Shown here: positions 39,601-54,600 of the stretch, piece after piece | How positions within the stretch are numbered: the first letter of the stretch is position 1 | Layout of the letters: each line of letters begins with the position of its first letter | NCBI RefSeq assembly: GCF_009914755.1 | Contig: NC_060942.1 | Length of the DNA stretch: 64,000 bases | Strand: one strand, 5' to 3' | DNA from: the human T2T-CHM13v2.0 reference genome, Homo sapiens | Position numbers and translations under genes: made by a program | Notes under the pieces: model-generated | Databases searched by the model: none | Seen by the model: the letters and a program-made list of their open reading frames with translations, nothing else | What the model was told of the DNA's origin: nothing

Positions 39601-42600
39601 TTTGAAACACTCTTTTTGTAGTATCTGGAAGTGGACATTTGGAGCGCTTTCAGGCCCATGTTGGAAAGGGAAATATCTTCCCGTAACAACTAGGCAGAAG
39701 CATTCTCAGAAACTTATTTGAGATGTGTGTACTCAACTAAGAGAATTGAACCACCGTTTTGAAGGAGCAGTTTTGAAACACTCTTTTTCTGGAATCTGCA
39801 AGAGTATATTTGCCTAGCCTTGAGGATTTCGTTGGAAACGGGATTGTCTTCAGAGAAAATCTAGACAGAAGCATTCTCAGAAACTTCTTTGGGATGTTTG
39901 CATTCAAGTCACAGAGTAGAACATTCCCTTTGGTAGAGCAGGTTTGAAACACTCTTTTTTTAGTATATGGAAGTGGACATTTTGATCGCTTTCAGGCCTA
40001 CGTTGGAAAAGGAAATATCTTCCCATAACAACTAGACAGAAGCATTCTCAGAAACTAGTTTCTGATGTGTGTCCTCAACTAACACAGTTGAACATTTCTT
40101 TAGACAGAACAGTTTTGAAACACTCTTTTTGTGGAATCTGCAAGTGGCTATTTGGCTAGATTTGAGGATTTCGTTGGAAACGGGATTACATATAAAAAGC
40201 AGTCAGCAGCATTCTCAGAAAGTTCTTTGTGATGATTGCATTCAAGTCACAGAATTGAACATTCCCTTTCACAGAGCAGGTTTGAAACACTCTTTTTGTA
40301 GTGTGTGTAAGTGGACATTTGGAGCACTTACCGGCCTAAGGTGAAAAAGGAAATATCTTCCCATAAAAACTAGACAGAAGCATTCTCAGAAACTTACTCG
40401 TGATGTGTGTCCTCAACTAAAGGAGTAGAACCTTTCTTTTCATAGAGAAGTTTTGAAACGCTCTTTTTGTGGAATCTGCAAGTGGATATTTGGCTAGTTT
40501 TGAGGATTTCGTTGGAAGCGGGAATTCATACAAATTGCAGACTGCAGCGTTCTGAGAAACATCTTTGTGATGTTTGTATTCAGGACACAGAGTTGAACAT
40601 TCCCTATCATAGAGCAGGTTTGAATCACTCCTTTTGTAGTATCTGGAAGTGGACATTTGGAGCGCTTTCAGGCCTATGTTGGAAAAGGAAATATCTTCCC
40701 ATAACAACTAGACAGAAGCATTCTCAGAAACTTATTTGAGATGTGTGTACTCAACTAAGAGAATTGAACCACCGTTTTGAAGGAGCAGTTTTGAAACTCT
40801 CTTTTTCTGGAATCTGCAAGTGGATATTTGGCTAGCTTTGGGGATTTCGCTGGAAGCGGGAATACATATAAAAAGCACACAGCAGCGTTCTGAGAAACTG
40901 CTTTCTGATGTTTGCATTCAAGTCAAAAGTTGAACACTCCCTTTCATAGAGCAGTCTTGAAACACCCCTTTTGTAGTATCTGGAACTGGACTTTTGGAGC
41001 GATTTCAGGGCTAAGGTGAAAAAGGAAATATCTTCCCATAAAAACTGGACAGAAGCATTCTCAGAAACTTGGTTATGCTGTATCTACTCAACTAACAAAG
41101 TTGAACCTTTCTTTTGATAGAGCAGTTTTGAAATGGTCTTTTTGTGGAATCTGCAAGTGGATATTTGGCTAGTTTTGAGGATTTCGTTGGAAGCGGGAAT
41201 TCATACAAATTGCAGACTGCAGCGTTCTGAGAAACATCTTTGTGATGTTTGTATTCAGGACAGAGAGTTGAACATTCCCTATCATAGAGCAGGTTGGAAT
41301 CACTCCTTTTGTAGTATCTGGAAGTGGACATTTGGAGCGCTTTCAGGCCTATTTTGGAAAGGGAAATATCTTCCCGTAACAACTATGCAGAAGCATTCTC
41401 AGAAACTTGTTTGTGATGTGTGCCCTCTACTGACAGAGTTGAACCTTTCTTTTCATAGAGCAGTTTTGAAACACTCTTTTTGTAGAATCTGCAAGAGGAT
41501 ATTTGCATAGCTTTGAGGATTTCGTGGGAAACGGGATTGTCTTCAGGTAAAATCTAGACAGAAGCATTCTCAGAAACTTCTTTGGGATGTTTGCATTCAA
41601 GTCACAGAGTAGAACATTCCCTTTGGTAGAGCAGGTTTGAAACACTCTTTTTGTAGTATCTGGAAGTGGACATTTGGAGCGCTTTCAGGCCCATGTTGGA
41701 AAGGGAAATATCTTCCCGTAACAACTAGGCAGAAGCATTCTCAGAAACTTATTTGAGATGTGTGTACTCAACTAAGAGAATTGAACCACCGTTTTGAAGG
41801 AGCAGTTTTGAAACACTCTTTTTCTGGAATCTGCAAGAGTATATTTGCCTAGCCTTGAGGATTTCGTTGGAAACGGGATTGTCTTCAGAGAAAATCTAGA
41901 CAGAAGCATTCTCAGAAACTTCTTTGGGATGTTTGCATTCAAGTCACAGAGTAGAACATTCCCTTTGGTAGAGCAGGTTTGAAACACTCTTTTTTTAGTA
42001 TATGGAAGTGGACATTTTGATCGCTTTCAGGCCTACGTTGGAAAAGGAAATATCTTCCCATAACAACTAGACAGAAGCATTCTCAGAAACTAGTTTCTGA
42101 TGTGTGTCCTCAACTAACACAGTTGAACATTTCTTTAGACAGAACAGTTTTGAAACACTCTTTTTGTGGAATCTGCAAGTGGCTATTTGGCTAGATTTGA
42201 GGATTTCGTTGGAAACGGGATTACATATAAAAAGCAGTCAGCAGCATTCTCAGAAAGTTCTTTGTGATGATTGCATTCAAGTCACAGAATTGAACATTCC
42301 CTTTCACAGAGCAGGTTTGAAACACTCTTTTTGTAGTGTGTGTAAGTGGACATTTGGAGCACTTACCGGCCTAAGGTGAAAAAGGAAATATCTTCCCATA
42401 AAAACTAGACAGAAGCATTCTCAGAAACTTACTCGTGATGTGTGTCCTCAACTAAAGGAGTAGAACCTTTCTTTTCATAGAGAAGTTTTGAAACGCTCTT
42501 TTTGTGGAATCTGCAAGTGGATATTTGGCTAGTTTTGAGGATTTCGTTGGAAGCGGGAATTCATACAAATTGCAGACTGCAGCGTTCTGAGAAACATCTT

Positions 42601-45600
42601 TGTGATGTTTGTATTCAGGACACAGAGTTGAACATTCCCTATCATAGAGCAGGTTTGAATCACTCCTTTTGTAGTATCTGGAAGTGGACATTTGGAGCGC
42701 TTTCAGGCCTATGTTGGAAAAGGAAATATCTTCCCATAACAACTAGACAGAAGCATTCTCAGAAACTTATTTGAGATGTGTGTACTCAACTAAGAGAATT
42801 GAACCACCGTTTTGAAGGAGCAGTTTTGAAACTCTCTTTTTCTGGAATCTGCAAGTGGATATTTGGCTAGCTTTGGGGATTTCGCTGGAAGCGGGAATAC
42901 ATATAAAAAGCACACAGCAGCGTTCTGAGAAACTGCTTTCTGATGTTTGCATTCAAGTCAAAAGTTGAACACTCCCTTTCATAGAGCAGTCTTGAAACAC
43001 CCCTTTTGTAGTATCTGGAACTGGACTTTTGGAGCGATTTCAGGGCTAAGGTGAAAAAGGAAATATCTTCCCATAAAAACTGGACAGAAGCATTCTCAGA
43101 AACTTGGTTATGCTGTATCTACTCAACTAACAAAGTTGAACCTTTCTTTTGATAGAGCAGTTTTGAAATGGTCTTTTTGTGGAATCTGCAAGTGGATATT
43201 TGGCTAGTTTTGAGGATTTCGTTGGAAGCGGGAATTCATACAAATTGCAGACTGCAGCGTTCTGAGAAACATCTTTGTGATGTTTGTATTCAGGACAGAG
43301 AGTTGAACATTCCCTATCATAGAGCAGGTTGGAATCACTCCTTTTGTAGTATCTGGAAGTGGACATTTGGAGCGCTTTCAGGCCTATTTTGGAAAGGGAA
43401 ATATCTTCCCGTAACAACTATGCAGAAGCATTCTCAGAAACTTGTTTGTGATGTGTGCCCTCTACTGACAGAGTTGAACCTTTCTTTTCATAGAGCAGTT
43501 TTGAAACACTCTTTTTGTAGAATCTGCAAGAGGATATTTGCATAGCTTTGAGGATTTCGTGGGAAACGGGATTGTCTTCAGGTAAAATCTAGACAGAAGC
43601 ATTCTCAGAAACTTCTTTGGGATGTTTGCATTCAAGTCACAGAGTAGAACATTCCCTTTGGTAGAGCAGGTTTGAAACACTCTTTTTGTAGTATCTGGAA
43701 GTGGACATTTGGAGCGCTTTCAGGCCCATGTTGGAAAGGGAAATATCTTCCCGTAACAACTAGGCAGAAGCATTCTCAGAAACTTATTTGAGATGTGTGT
43801 ACTCAACTAAGAGAATTGAACCACCGTTTTGAAGGAGCAGTTTTGAAACACTCTTTTTCTGGAATCTGCAAGAGTATATTTGCCTAGCCTTGAGGATTTC
43901 GTTGGAAACGGGATTGTCTTCAGAGAAAATCTAGACAGAAGCATTCTCAGAAACTTCTTTGGGATGTTTGCATTCAAGTCACAGAGTAGAACATTCCCTT
44001 TGGTAGAGCAGGTTTGAAACACTCTTTTTTTAGTATATGGAAGTGGACATTTGGAGCGCTTTCAGGCCTACGTTGGAAAAGGAAATATCTTCCCATAACA
44101 ACTAGACAGAAGCATTCTCAGAAACTAGTTTCTGATGTGTGTCCTCAACTAACACAGTTGAACATTTCTTTAGACAGAACAGTTTTGAAACACTCTTTTT
44201 GTGGAATCTGCAAGTGGCTATTTGGCTAGATTTGAGGATTTCGTTGGAAACGGGATTACATATAAAAAGCAGTCAGCAGCATTCTCAGAAAGTTCTTTGT
44301 GATGATTGCATTCAAGTCACAGAATTGAACATTCCCTTTCACAGAGCAGGTTTGAAACACTCTTTTTGTAGTGTGTGTAAGTGGACATTTGGAGCACTTA
44401 CCGGCCTAAGGTGAAAAAGGAAATATCTTCCCATAAAAACTAGACAGAAGCATTCTCAGAAACTTACTCGTGATGTGTGTCCTCAACTAAAGGAGTAGAA
44501 CCTTTCTTTTCATAGAGAAGTTTTGAAACGCTCTTTTTGTGGAATCTGCAAGTGGATATTTGGCTAGTTTTGAGGATTTCGTTGGAAGCGGGAATTCATA
44601 CAAATTGCAGACTGCAGCGTTCTGAGAAACATCTTTGTGATGTTTGTATTCAGGACACAGAGTTGAACATTCCCTATCATAGAGCAGGTTTGAATCACTC
44701 CTTTTGTAGTATCTGGAAGTGGACATTTGGAGCGCTTTCAGGCCTATGTTGGAAAAGGAAATATCTTCCCATAACAACTAGACAGAAGCATTCTCAGAAA
44801 CTTATTTGAGATGTGTGTACTCAACTAAGAGAATTGAACCACCGTTTTGAAGGAGCAGTTTTGAAACTCTCTTTTTCTGGAATCTGCAAGTGGATATTTG
44901 GCTAGCTTTGGGGATTTCGCTGGAAGCGGGAATACATATAAAAAGCACACAGCAGCGTTCTGAGAAACTGCTTTCTGATGTTTGCATTCAAGTCAAAAGT
45001 TGAACACTCCCTTTCATAGAGCAGTCTTGAAACACCCCTTTTGTAGTATCTGGAACTGGACTTTTGGAGCGATTTCAGGGCTAAGGTGAAAAAGGAAATA
45101 TCTTCCCATAAAAACTGGACAGAAGCATTCTCAGAAACTTGTTTATGCTGTATCTACTCAACTAACAAAGTTGAACCTTTCTTTTGATAGAGCAGTTTTG
45201 AAATGGTCTTTTTGTGGAATCTGCAAGTGGATATTTGGCTAGTTTTGAGGATTTCGTTGGAAGCGGGAATTCATACAAATTGCAGACTGCAGCGTTCTGA
45301 GAAACATCTTTGTGATGTTTGTATTCAGGACAGAGAGTTGAACATTCCCTATCATAGAGCAGGTTGGAATCACTCCTTTTGTAGTATCTGGAAGTGGACA
45401 TTTGGAGCGCTTTCAGGCCTATTTTGGAAAGGGAAATATCTTCCCGTAACAACTATGCAGAAGCATTCTCAGAAACTTGTTTGTGATGTGTGCCCTCTAC
45501 TGACAGAGTTGAACCTTTCTTTTCATAGAGCAGTTTTGAAACACTCTTTTTGTAGAATCTGCAAGAGGATATTTGCATAGCTTTGAGGATTTCGTGGGAA

Positions 45601-48600
45601 ACGGGATTGTCTTCAGGTAAAATCTAGACAGAAGCATTCTCAGAAACTTCTTTGGGATGTTTGCATTCAAGTCACAGAGTAGAACATTCCCTTTGGTAGA
45701 GCAGGTTTGAAACACTCTTTTTGTAGTATCTGGAAGTGGACATTTGGAGCGCTTTCAGGCCCATGTTGGAAAGGGAAATATCTTCCCGTAACAACTAGGC
45801 AGAAGCATTCTCAGAAACTTATTTGAGATGTGTGTACTCAACTAAGAGAATTGAACCACCGTTTTGAAGGAGCAGTTTTGAAACACTCTTTTTCTGGAAT
45901 CTGCAAGAGTATATTTGCCTAGCCTTGAGGATTTCGTTGGAAACGGGATTGTCTTCAGAGAAAATCTAGACAGAAGCATTCTCAGAAACTTCTTTGGGAT
46001 GTTTGCATTCAAGTCACAGAGTAGAACATTCCCTTTGGTAGAGCAGGTTTGAAACACTCTTTTTGTAGTATCTGGAAGTGGACATTTGGAGCGCTTTCAG
46101 GCCTACGTTGGAAAAGGAAATATCTTCCCATAACAACTAGACAGAAGCATTCTCAGAAACTAGTTTCTGATGTGTGTCCTCAACTAACACAGTTGAACAT
46201 TTCTTTAGACAGAACAGTTTTGAAACACTCTTTTTGTGGAATCTGCAAGTGGCTATTTGGCTAGATTTGAGGATTTCGTTGGAAACGGGATTACATATAA
46301 AAAGCAGTCAGCAGCATTCTCAGAAAGTTCTTTGTGATGATTGCATTCAAGTCACAGAATTGAACATTCCCTTTCACAGAGCAGGTTTGAAACACTCTTT
46401 TTGTAGTGTGTGTAAGTGGACATTTGGAGCACTTACCGGCCTAAGGTGAAAAAGGAAATATCTTCCCATAAAAACTAGACAGAAGCATTCTCAGAAACTT
46501 ACTCGTGATGTGTGTCCTCAACTAAAGGAGTAGAACCTTTCTTTTCATAGAGAAGTTTTGAAACGCTCTTTTTGTGGAATCTGCAAGTGGATATTTGGCT
46601 AGTTTTGAGGATTTCGTTGGAAGCGGGAATTCATACAAATTGCAGACTGCAGCGTTCTGAGAAACATCTTTGTGATGTTTGTATTCAGGACACAGAGTTG
46701 AACATTCCCTATCATAGAGCAGGTTTGAATCACTCCTTTTGTAGTATCTGGAAGTGGACATTTGGAGCGCTTTCAGGCCTATGTTGGAAAAGGAAATATC
46801 TTCCCATAACAACTAGACAGAAGCATTCTCAGAAACTTATTTGAGATGTGTGTACTCAACTAAGAGAATTGAACCACCGTTTTGAAGGAGCAGTTTTGAA
46901 ACACTCTTTTTCTGGAATCTGCAAGTGGATATTTGGCTAGCTTTGGGGATTTCGCTGGAAGCGGGAATACATATAAAAAGCACACAGCAGCGTTCTGAGA
47001 AACTGCTTTCTGATGTTTGCATTCAAGTCAAAAGTTGAACACTCCCTTTCATAGAGCAGTCTTGAAACACCCCTTTTGTAGTATCTGGAACTGGACTTTT
47101 GGAGCGATTTCAGGGCTAAGGTGAAAAAGGAAATATCTTCCCATAAAAACTGGACAGAAGCATTCTCAGAAACTTGTTTATGCTGTATCTACTCAACTAA
47201 CAAAGTTGAACCTTTCTTTTGATAGAGCAGTTTTGAAATGGTCTTTTTGTGGAATCTGCAAGTGGATATTTGGCTAGTTTTGAGGATTTCGTTGGAAGCG
47301 GGAATTCATACAAATTGCAGACTGCAGCGTTCTGAGAAACATCTTTGTGATGTTTGTATTCAGGACACAGAGTTGAACATTCCCTATCATAGAGCAGGTT
47401 GGAATCACTCCTTTTGTAGTATCTGGAAGTGGACATTTGGAGCGCTTTCAGGCCTATTTTGGAAAGGGAAATATCTTCCCGTAACAACTATGCAGAAGCA
47501 TTCTCAGAAACTTGTTTGTGATGTGTGCCCTCTACTGACAGAGTTGAACCTTTCTTTTCATAGAGCAGTTTTGAAACACTCTTTTTGTAGAATCTGCAAG
47601 AGGATATTTGCATAGCTTTGAGGATTTCGTGGGAAACGGGATTGTCTTCAGGTAAAATCTAGACAGAAGCATTCTCAGAAACTTCTTTGGGATGTTTGCA
47701 TTCAAGTCACAGAGTAGAACATTCCCTTTGGTAGAGCAGGTTTGAAACACTCTTTTTGTAGTATCTGGAAGTGGACATTTGGAGCGCTTTCAGGCCCATG
47801 TTGGAAAGGGAAATATCTTCCCGTAACAACTAGGCAGAAGCATTCTCAGAAACTTATTTGAGATGTGTGTACTCAACTAAGAGAATTGAACCACCGTTTT
47901 GAAGGAGCAGTTTTGAAACACTCTTTTTCTGGAATCTGCAAGAGTATATTTGCCTAGCCTTGAGGATTTCGTTGGAAACGGGATTGTCTTCAGAGAAAAT
48001 CTAGACAGAAGCATTCTCAGAAACTTCTTTGGGATGTTTGCATTCAAGTCACAGAGTAGAACATTCCCTTTGGTAGAGCAGGTTTGAAACACTCTTTTTT
48101 TAGTATCTGGAAGTGGACATTTGGAGCGCTTTCAGGCCTACGTTGGAAAAGGAAATATCTTCCCATAACAACTAGACAGAAGCATTCTCAGAAACTAGTT
48201 TCTGATGTGTGTCCTCAACTAACACAGTTGAACATTTCTTTAGACAGAACAGTTTTGAAACACTCTTTTTGTGGAATCTGCAAGTGGCTATTTGGCTAGA
48301 TTTGAGGATTTCGTTGGAAACGGGATTACATATAAAAAGCAGTCAGCAGCATTCTCAGAAAGTTCTTTGTGATGATTGCATTCAAGTCACAGAATTGAAC
48401 ATTCCCTTTCACAGAGCAGGTTTGAAACACTCTTTTTGTAGTGTGTGTAAGTGGACATTTGGAGCACTTACCGGCCTAAGGTGAAAAAGGAAATATCTTC
48501 CCATAAAAACTAGACAGAAGCATTCTCAGAAACTTACTCGTGATGTGTGTCCTCAACTAAAGGAGTAGAACCTTTCTTTTCATAGAGAAGTTTTGAAACG

Positions 48601-51600
48601 CTCTTTTTGTGGAATCTGCAAGTGGATATTTGGCTAGTTTTGAGGATTTCGTTGGAAGCGGGAATTCATACAAATTGCAGACTGCAGCGTTCTGAGAAAC
48701 ATCTTTGTGATGTTTGTATTCAGGACACAGAGTTGAACATTCCCTATCATAGAGCAGGTTTGAATCACTCCTTTTGTAGTATCTGGAAGTGGACATTTGG
48801 AGCGCTTTCAGGCCTATGTTGGAAAAGGAAATATCTTCCCATAACAACTAGACAGAAGCATTCTCAGAAACTTATTTGAGATGTGTGTACTCAACTAAGA
48901 GAATTGAACCACCGTTTTGAAGGAGCAGTTTTGAAACACTCTTTTTCTGGAATCTGCAAGTGGATATTTGGCTAGCTTTGGGGATTTCGCTGGAAGCGGG
49001 AATACATATAAAAAGCACACAGCAGCGTTCTGAGAAACTGCTTTCTGATGTTTGCATTCAAGTCAAAAGTTGAACACTCCCTTTCATAGAGCAGTCTTGA
49101 AACACCCCTTTTGTAGTATCTGGAACTGGACTTTTGGAGCGATTTCAGGGCTAAGGTGAAAAAGGAAATATCTTCCCATAAAAACTGGACAGAAGCATTC
49201 TCAGAAACTTGTTTATGCTGTATCTACTCAACTAACAAAGTTGAACCTTTCTTTTGATAGAGCAGTTTTGAAATGGTCTTTTTGTGGAATCTGCAAGTGG
49301 ATATTTGGCTAGTTTTGAGGATTTCGTTGGAAGCGGGAATTCATACAAATTGCAGACTGCAGCGTTCTGAGAAACATCTTTGTGATGTTTGTATTCAGGA
49401 CAGAGAGTTGAACATTCCCTATCATAGAGCAGGTTGGAATCACTCCTTTTGTAGTATCTGGAAGTGGACATTTGGAGCGCTTTCAGGCCTATTTTGGAAA
49501 GGGAAATATCTTCCCGTAACAACTATGCAGAAGCATTCTCAGAAACTTGTTTGTGATGTGTGCCCTCTACTGACAGAGTTGAACCTTTCTTTTCATAGAG
49601 CAGTTTTGAAACACTCTTTTTGTAGAATCTGCAAGAGGATATTTGCATAGCTTTGAGGATTTCGTGGGAAACGGGATTGTCTTCAGGTAAAATCTAGACA
49701 GAAGCATTCTCAGAAACTTCTTTGGGATGTTTGCATTCAAGTCACAGAGTAGAACATTCCCTTTGGTAGAGCAGGTTTGAAACACTCTTTTTGTAGTATC
49801 TGGAAGTGGACATTTGGAGCGCTTTCAGGCCCATGTTGGAAAGGGAAATATCTTCCCGTAACAACTAGGCAGAAGCATTCTCAGAAACTTATTTGAGATG
49901 TGTGTACTCAACTAAGAGAATTGAACCACCGTTTTGAAGGAGCAGTTTTGAAACACTCTTTTTCTGGAATCTGCAAGAGTATATTTGCCTAGCCTTGAGG
50001 ATTTCGTTGGAAACGGGATTGTCTTCAGAGAAAATCTAGACAGAAGCATTCTCAGAAACTTCTTTGGGATGTTTGCATTCAAGTCACAGAGTAGAACATT
50101 CCCTTTGGTAGAGCAGGTTTGAAACACTCTTTTTTTAGTATATGGAAGTGGACATTTGGAGCGCTTTCAGGCCTACGTTGGAAAAGGAAATATCTTCCCA
50201 TAACAACTAGACAGAAGCATTCTCAGAAACTAGTTTCTGATGTGTGTCCTCAACTAACACAGTTGAACATTTCTTTAGACAGAACAGTTTTGAAACACTC
50301 TTTTTGTGGAATCTGCAAGTGGCTATTTGGCTAGATTTGAGGATTTCGTTGGAAACGGGATTACATATAAAAAGCAGTCAGCAGCATTCTCAGAAAGTTC
50401 TTTGTGATGATTGCATTCAAGTCACAGAATTGAACATTCCCTTTCACAGAGCAGGTTTGAAACACTCTTTTTGTAGTGTGTGTAAGTGGACATTTGGAGC
50501 ACTTACCGGCCTAAGGTGAAAAAGGAAATATCTTCCCATAAAAACTAGACAGAAGCATTCTCAGAAACTTACTCGTGATGTGTGTCCTCAACTAAAGGAG
50601 TAGAACCTTTCTTTTCATAGAGAAGTTTTGAAACGCTCTTTTTGTGGAATCTGCAAGTGGATATTTGGCTAGTTTTGAGGATTTCGTTGGAAGCGGGAAT
50701 TCATACAAATTGCAGACTGCAGCGTTCTGAGAAACATCTTTGTGATGTTTGTATTCAGGACACAGAGTTGAACATTCCCTATCATAGAGCAGGTTTGAAT
50801 CACTCCTTTTGTAGTATCTGGAAGTGGACATTTGGAGCGCTTTCAGGCCTATGTTGGAAAAGGAAATATCTTCCCATAACAACTAGACAGAAGCATTCTC
50901 AGAAACTTATTTGAGATGTGTGTACTCAACTAAGAGAATTGAACCACCGTTTTGAAGGAGCAGTTTTGAAACTCTCTTTTTCTGGAATCTGCAAGTGGAT
51001 ATTTGGCTAGCTTTGGGGATTTCGCTGGAAGCGGGAATACATATAAAAAGCACACAGCAGCGTTCTGAGAAACTGCTTTCTGATGTTTGCATTCAAGTCA
51101 AAAGTTGAACACTCCCTTTCATAGAGCAGTCTTGAAACACCCCTTTTGTAGTATCTGGAACTGGACTTTTGGAGCGATTTCAGGGCTAAGGTGAAAAAGG
51201 AAATATCTTCCCATAAAAACTGGACAGAAGCATTCTCAGAAACTTGGTTATGCTGTATCTACTCAACTAACAAAGTTGAACCTTTCTTTTGATAGAGCAG
51301 TTTTGAAATGGTCTTTTTGTGGAATCTGCAAGTGGATATTTGGCTAGTTTTGAGGATTTCGTTGGAAGCGGGAATTCATACAAATTGCAGACTGCAGCGT
51401 TCTGAGAAACATCTTTGTGATGTTTGTATTCAGGACACAGAGTTGAACATTCCCTATCATAGAGCAGGTTGGAATCACTCCTTTTGTAGTATCTGGAAGT
51501 GGACATTTGGAGCGCTTTCAGGCCTATTTTGGAAAGGGAAATATCTTCCCGTAACAACTATGCAGAAGCATTCTCAGAAACTTGTTTGTGATGTGTGCCC

Positions 51601-54600
51601 TCTACTGACAGAGTTGAACCTTTCTTTTCATAGAGCAGTTTTGAAACACTCTTTTTGTAGAATCTGCAAGAGGATATTTGCATAGCTTTGAGGATTTCGT
51701 GGGAAACGGGATTGTCTTCAGGTAAAATCTAGACAGAAGCATTCTCAGAAACTTCTTTGGGATGTTTGCATTCAAGTCACAGAGTAGAACATTCCCTTTG
51801 GTAGAGCAGGTTTGAAACACTCTTTTTGTAGTATCTGGAAGTGGACATTTGGAGCGCTTTCAGGCCCATGTTGGAAAGGGAAATATCTTCCCGTAACAAC
51901 TAGGCAGAAGCATTCTCAGAAACTTATTTGAGATGTGTGTACTCAACTAAGAGAATTGAACCACCGTTTTGAAGGAGCAGTTTTGAAACACTCTTTTTCT
52001 GGAATCTGCAAGAGTATATTTGCCTAGCCTTGAGGATTTCGTTGGAAACGGGATTGTCTTCAGAGAAAATCTAGACAGAAGCATTCTCAGAAACTTCTTT
52101 GGGATGTTTGCATTCAAGTCACAGAGTAGAACATTCCCTTTGGTAGAGCAGGTTTGAAACACTCTTTTTTTAGTATATGGAAGTGGACATTTGGATCGCT
52201 TTCAGGCCTACGTTGGAAAAGGAAATATCTTCCCATAACAACTAGACAGAAGCATTCTCAGAAACTAGTTTCTGATGTGTGTCCTCAACTAACACAGTTG
52301 AACATTTCTTTAGACAGAACAGTTTTGAAACACTCTTTTTGTGGAATCTGCAAGTGGCTATTTGGCTAGATTTGAGGATTTCGTTGGAAACGGGATTACA
52401 TATAAAAAGCAGTCAGCAGCATTCTCAGAAAGTTCTTTGTGATGATTGCATTCAAGTCACAGAATTGAACATTCCCTTTCACAGAGCAGGTTTGAAACAC
52501 TCTTTTTGTAGTGTGTGTAAGTGGACATTTGGAGCACTTACCGGCCTAAGGTGAAAAAGGAAATATCTTCCCATAAAAACTAGACAGAAGCATTCTCAGA
52601 AACTTACTCGTGATGTGTGTCCTCAACTAAAGGAGTAGAACCTTTCTTTTCATAGAGAAGTTTTGAAACGCTCTTTTTGTGGAATCTGCAAGTGGATATT
52701 TGGCTAGTTTTGAGGATTTCGTTGGAAGCGGGAATTCATACAAATTGCAGACTGCAGCGTTCTGAGAAACATCTTTGTGATGTTTGTATTCAGGACACAG
52801 AGTTGAACATTCCCTATCATAGAGCAGGTTTGAATCACTCCTTTTGTAGTATCTGGAAGTGGACATTTGGAGCGCTTTCAGGCCTATGTTGGAAAAGGAA
52901 ATATCTTCCCATAACAACTAGACAGAAGCATTCTCAGAAACTTATTTGAGATGTGTGTACTCAACTAAGAGAATTGAACCACCGTTTTGAAGGAGCAGTT
53001 TTGAAACTCTCTTTTTCTGGAATCTGCAAGTGGATATTTGGCTAGCTTTGGGGATTTCGCTGGAAGCGGGAATACATATAAAAAGCACACAGCAGCGTTC
53101 TGAGAAACTGCTTTCTGATGTTTGCATTCAAGTCAAAAGTTGAACACTCCCTTTCATAGAGCAGTCTTGAAACACCCCTTTTGTAGTATCTGGAACTGGA
53201 CTTTTGGAGCGATTTCAGGGCTAAGGTGAAAAAGGAAATATCTTCCCATAAAAACTGGACAGAAGCATTCTCAGAAACTTGGTTATGCTGTATCTACTCA
53301 ACTAACAAAGTTGAACCTTTCTTTTGATAGAGCAGTTTTGAAATGGTCTTTTTGTGGAATCTGCAAGTGGATATTTGGCTAGTTTTGAGGATTTCGTTGG
53401 AAGCGGGAATTCATACAAATTGCAGACTGCAGCGTTCTGAGAAACATCTTTGTGATGTTTGTATTCAGGACAGAGAGTTGAACATTCCCTATCATAGAGC
53501 AGGTTGGAATCACTCCTTTTGTAGTATCTGGAAGTGGACATTTGGAGCGCTTTCAGGCCTATTTTGGAAAGGGAAATATCTTCCCGTAACAACTATGCAG
53601 AAGCATTCTCAGAAACTTGTTTGTGATGTGTGCCCTCTACTGACAGAGTTGAACCTTTCTTTTCATAGAGCAGTTTTGAAACACTCTTTTTGTAGAATCT
53701 GCAAGAGGATATTTGCATAGCTTTGAGGATTTCGTGGGAAACGGGATTGTCTTCAGGTAAAATCTAGACAGAAGCATTCTCAGAAACTTCTTTGGGATGT
53801 TTGCATTCAAGTCACAGAGTAGAACATTCCCTTTGGTAGAGCAGGTTTGAAACACTCTTTTTGTAGTATCTGGAAGTGGACATTTGGAGCGCTTTCAGGC
53901 CCATGTTGGAAAGGGAAATATCTTCCCGTAACAACTAGGCAGAAGCATTCTCAGAAACTTATTTGAGATGTGTGTACTCAACTAAGAGAATTGAACCACC
54001 GTTTTGAAGGAGCAGTTTTGAAACACTCTTTTTCTGGAATCTGCAAGAGTATATTTGCCTAGCCTTGAGGATTTCGTTGGAAACGGGATTGTCTTCAGAG
54101 AAAATCTAGACAGAAGCATTCTCAGAAACTTCTTTGGGATGTTTGCATTCAAGTCACAGAGTAGAACATTCCCTTTGGTAGAGCAGGTTTGAAACACTCT
54201 TTTTTTAGTATATGGAAGTGGACATTTGGAGCGCTTTCAGGCCTACGTTGGAAAAGGAAATATCTTCCCATAACAACTAGACAGAAGCATTCTCAGAAAC
54301 TAGTTTCTGATGTGTGTCCTCAACTAACACAGTTGAACATTTCTTTAGACAGAACAGTTTTGAAACACTCTTTTTGTGGAATCTGCAAGTGGCTATTTGG
54401 CTAGATTTGAGGATTTCGTTGGAAACGGGATTACATATAAAAAGCAGTCAGCAGCATTCTCAGAAAGTTCTTTGTGATGATTGCATTCAAGTCACAGAAT
54501 TGAACATTCCCTTTCACAGAGCAGGTTTGAAACACTCTTTTTGTAGTGTGTGTAAGTGGACATTTGGAGCACTTACCGGCCTAAGGTGAAAAAGGAAATA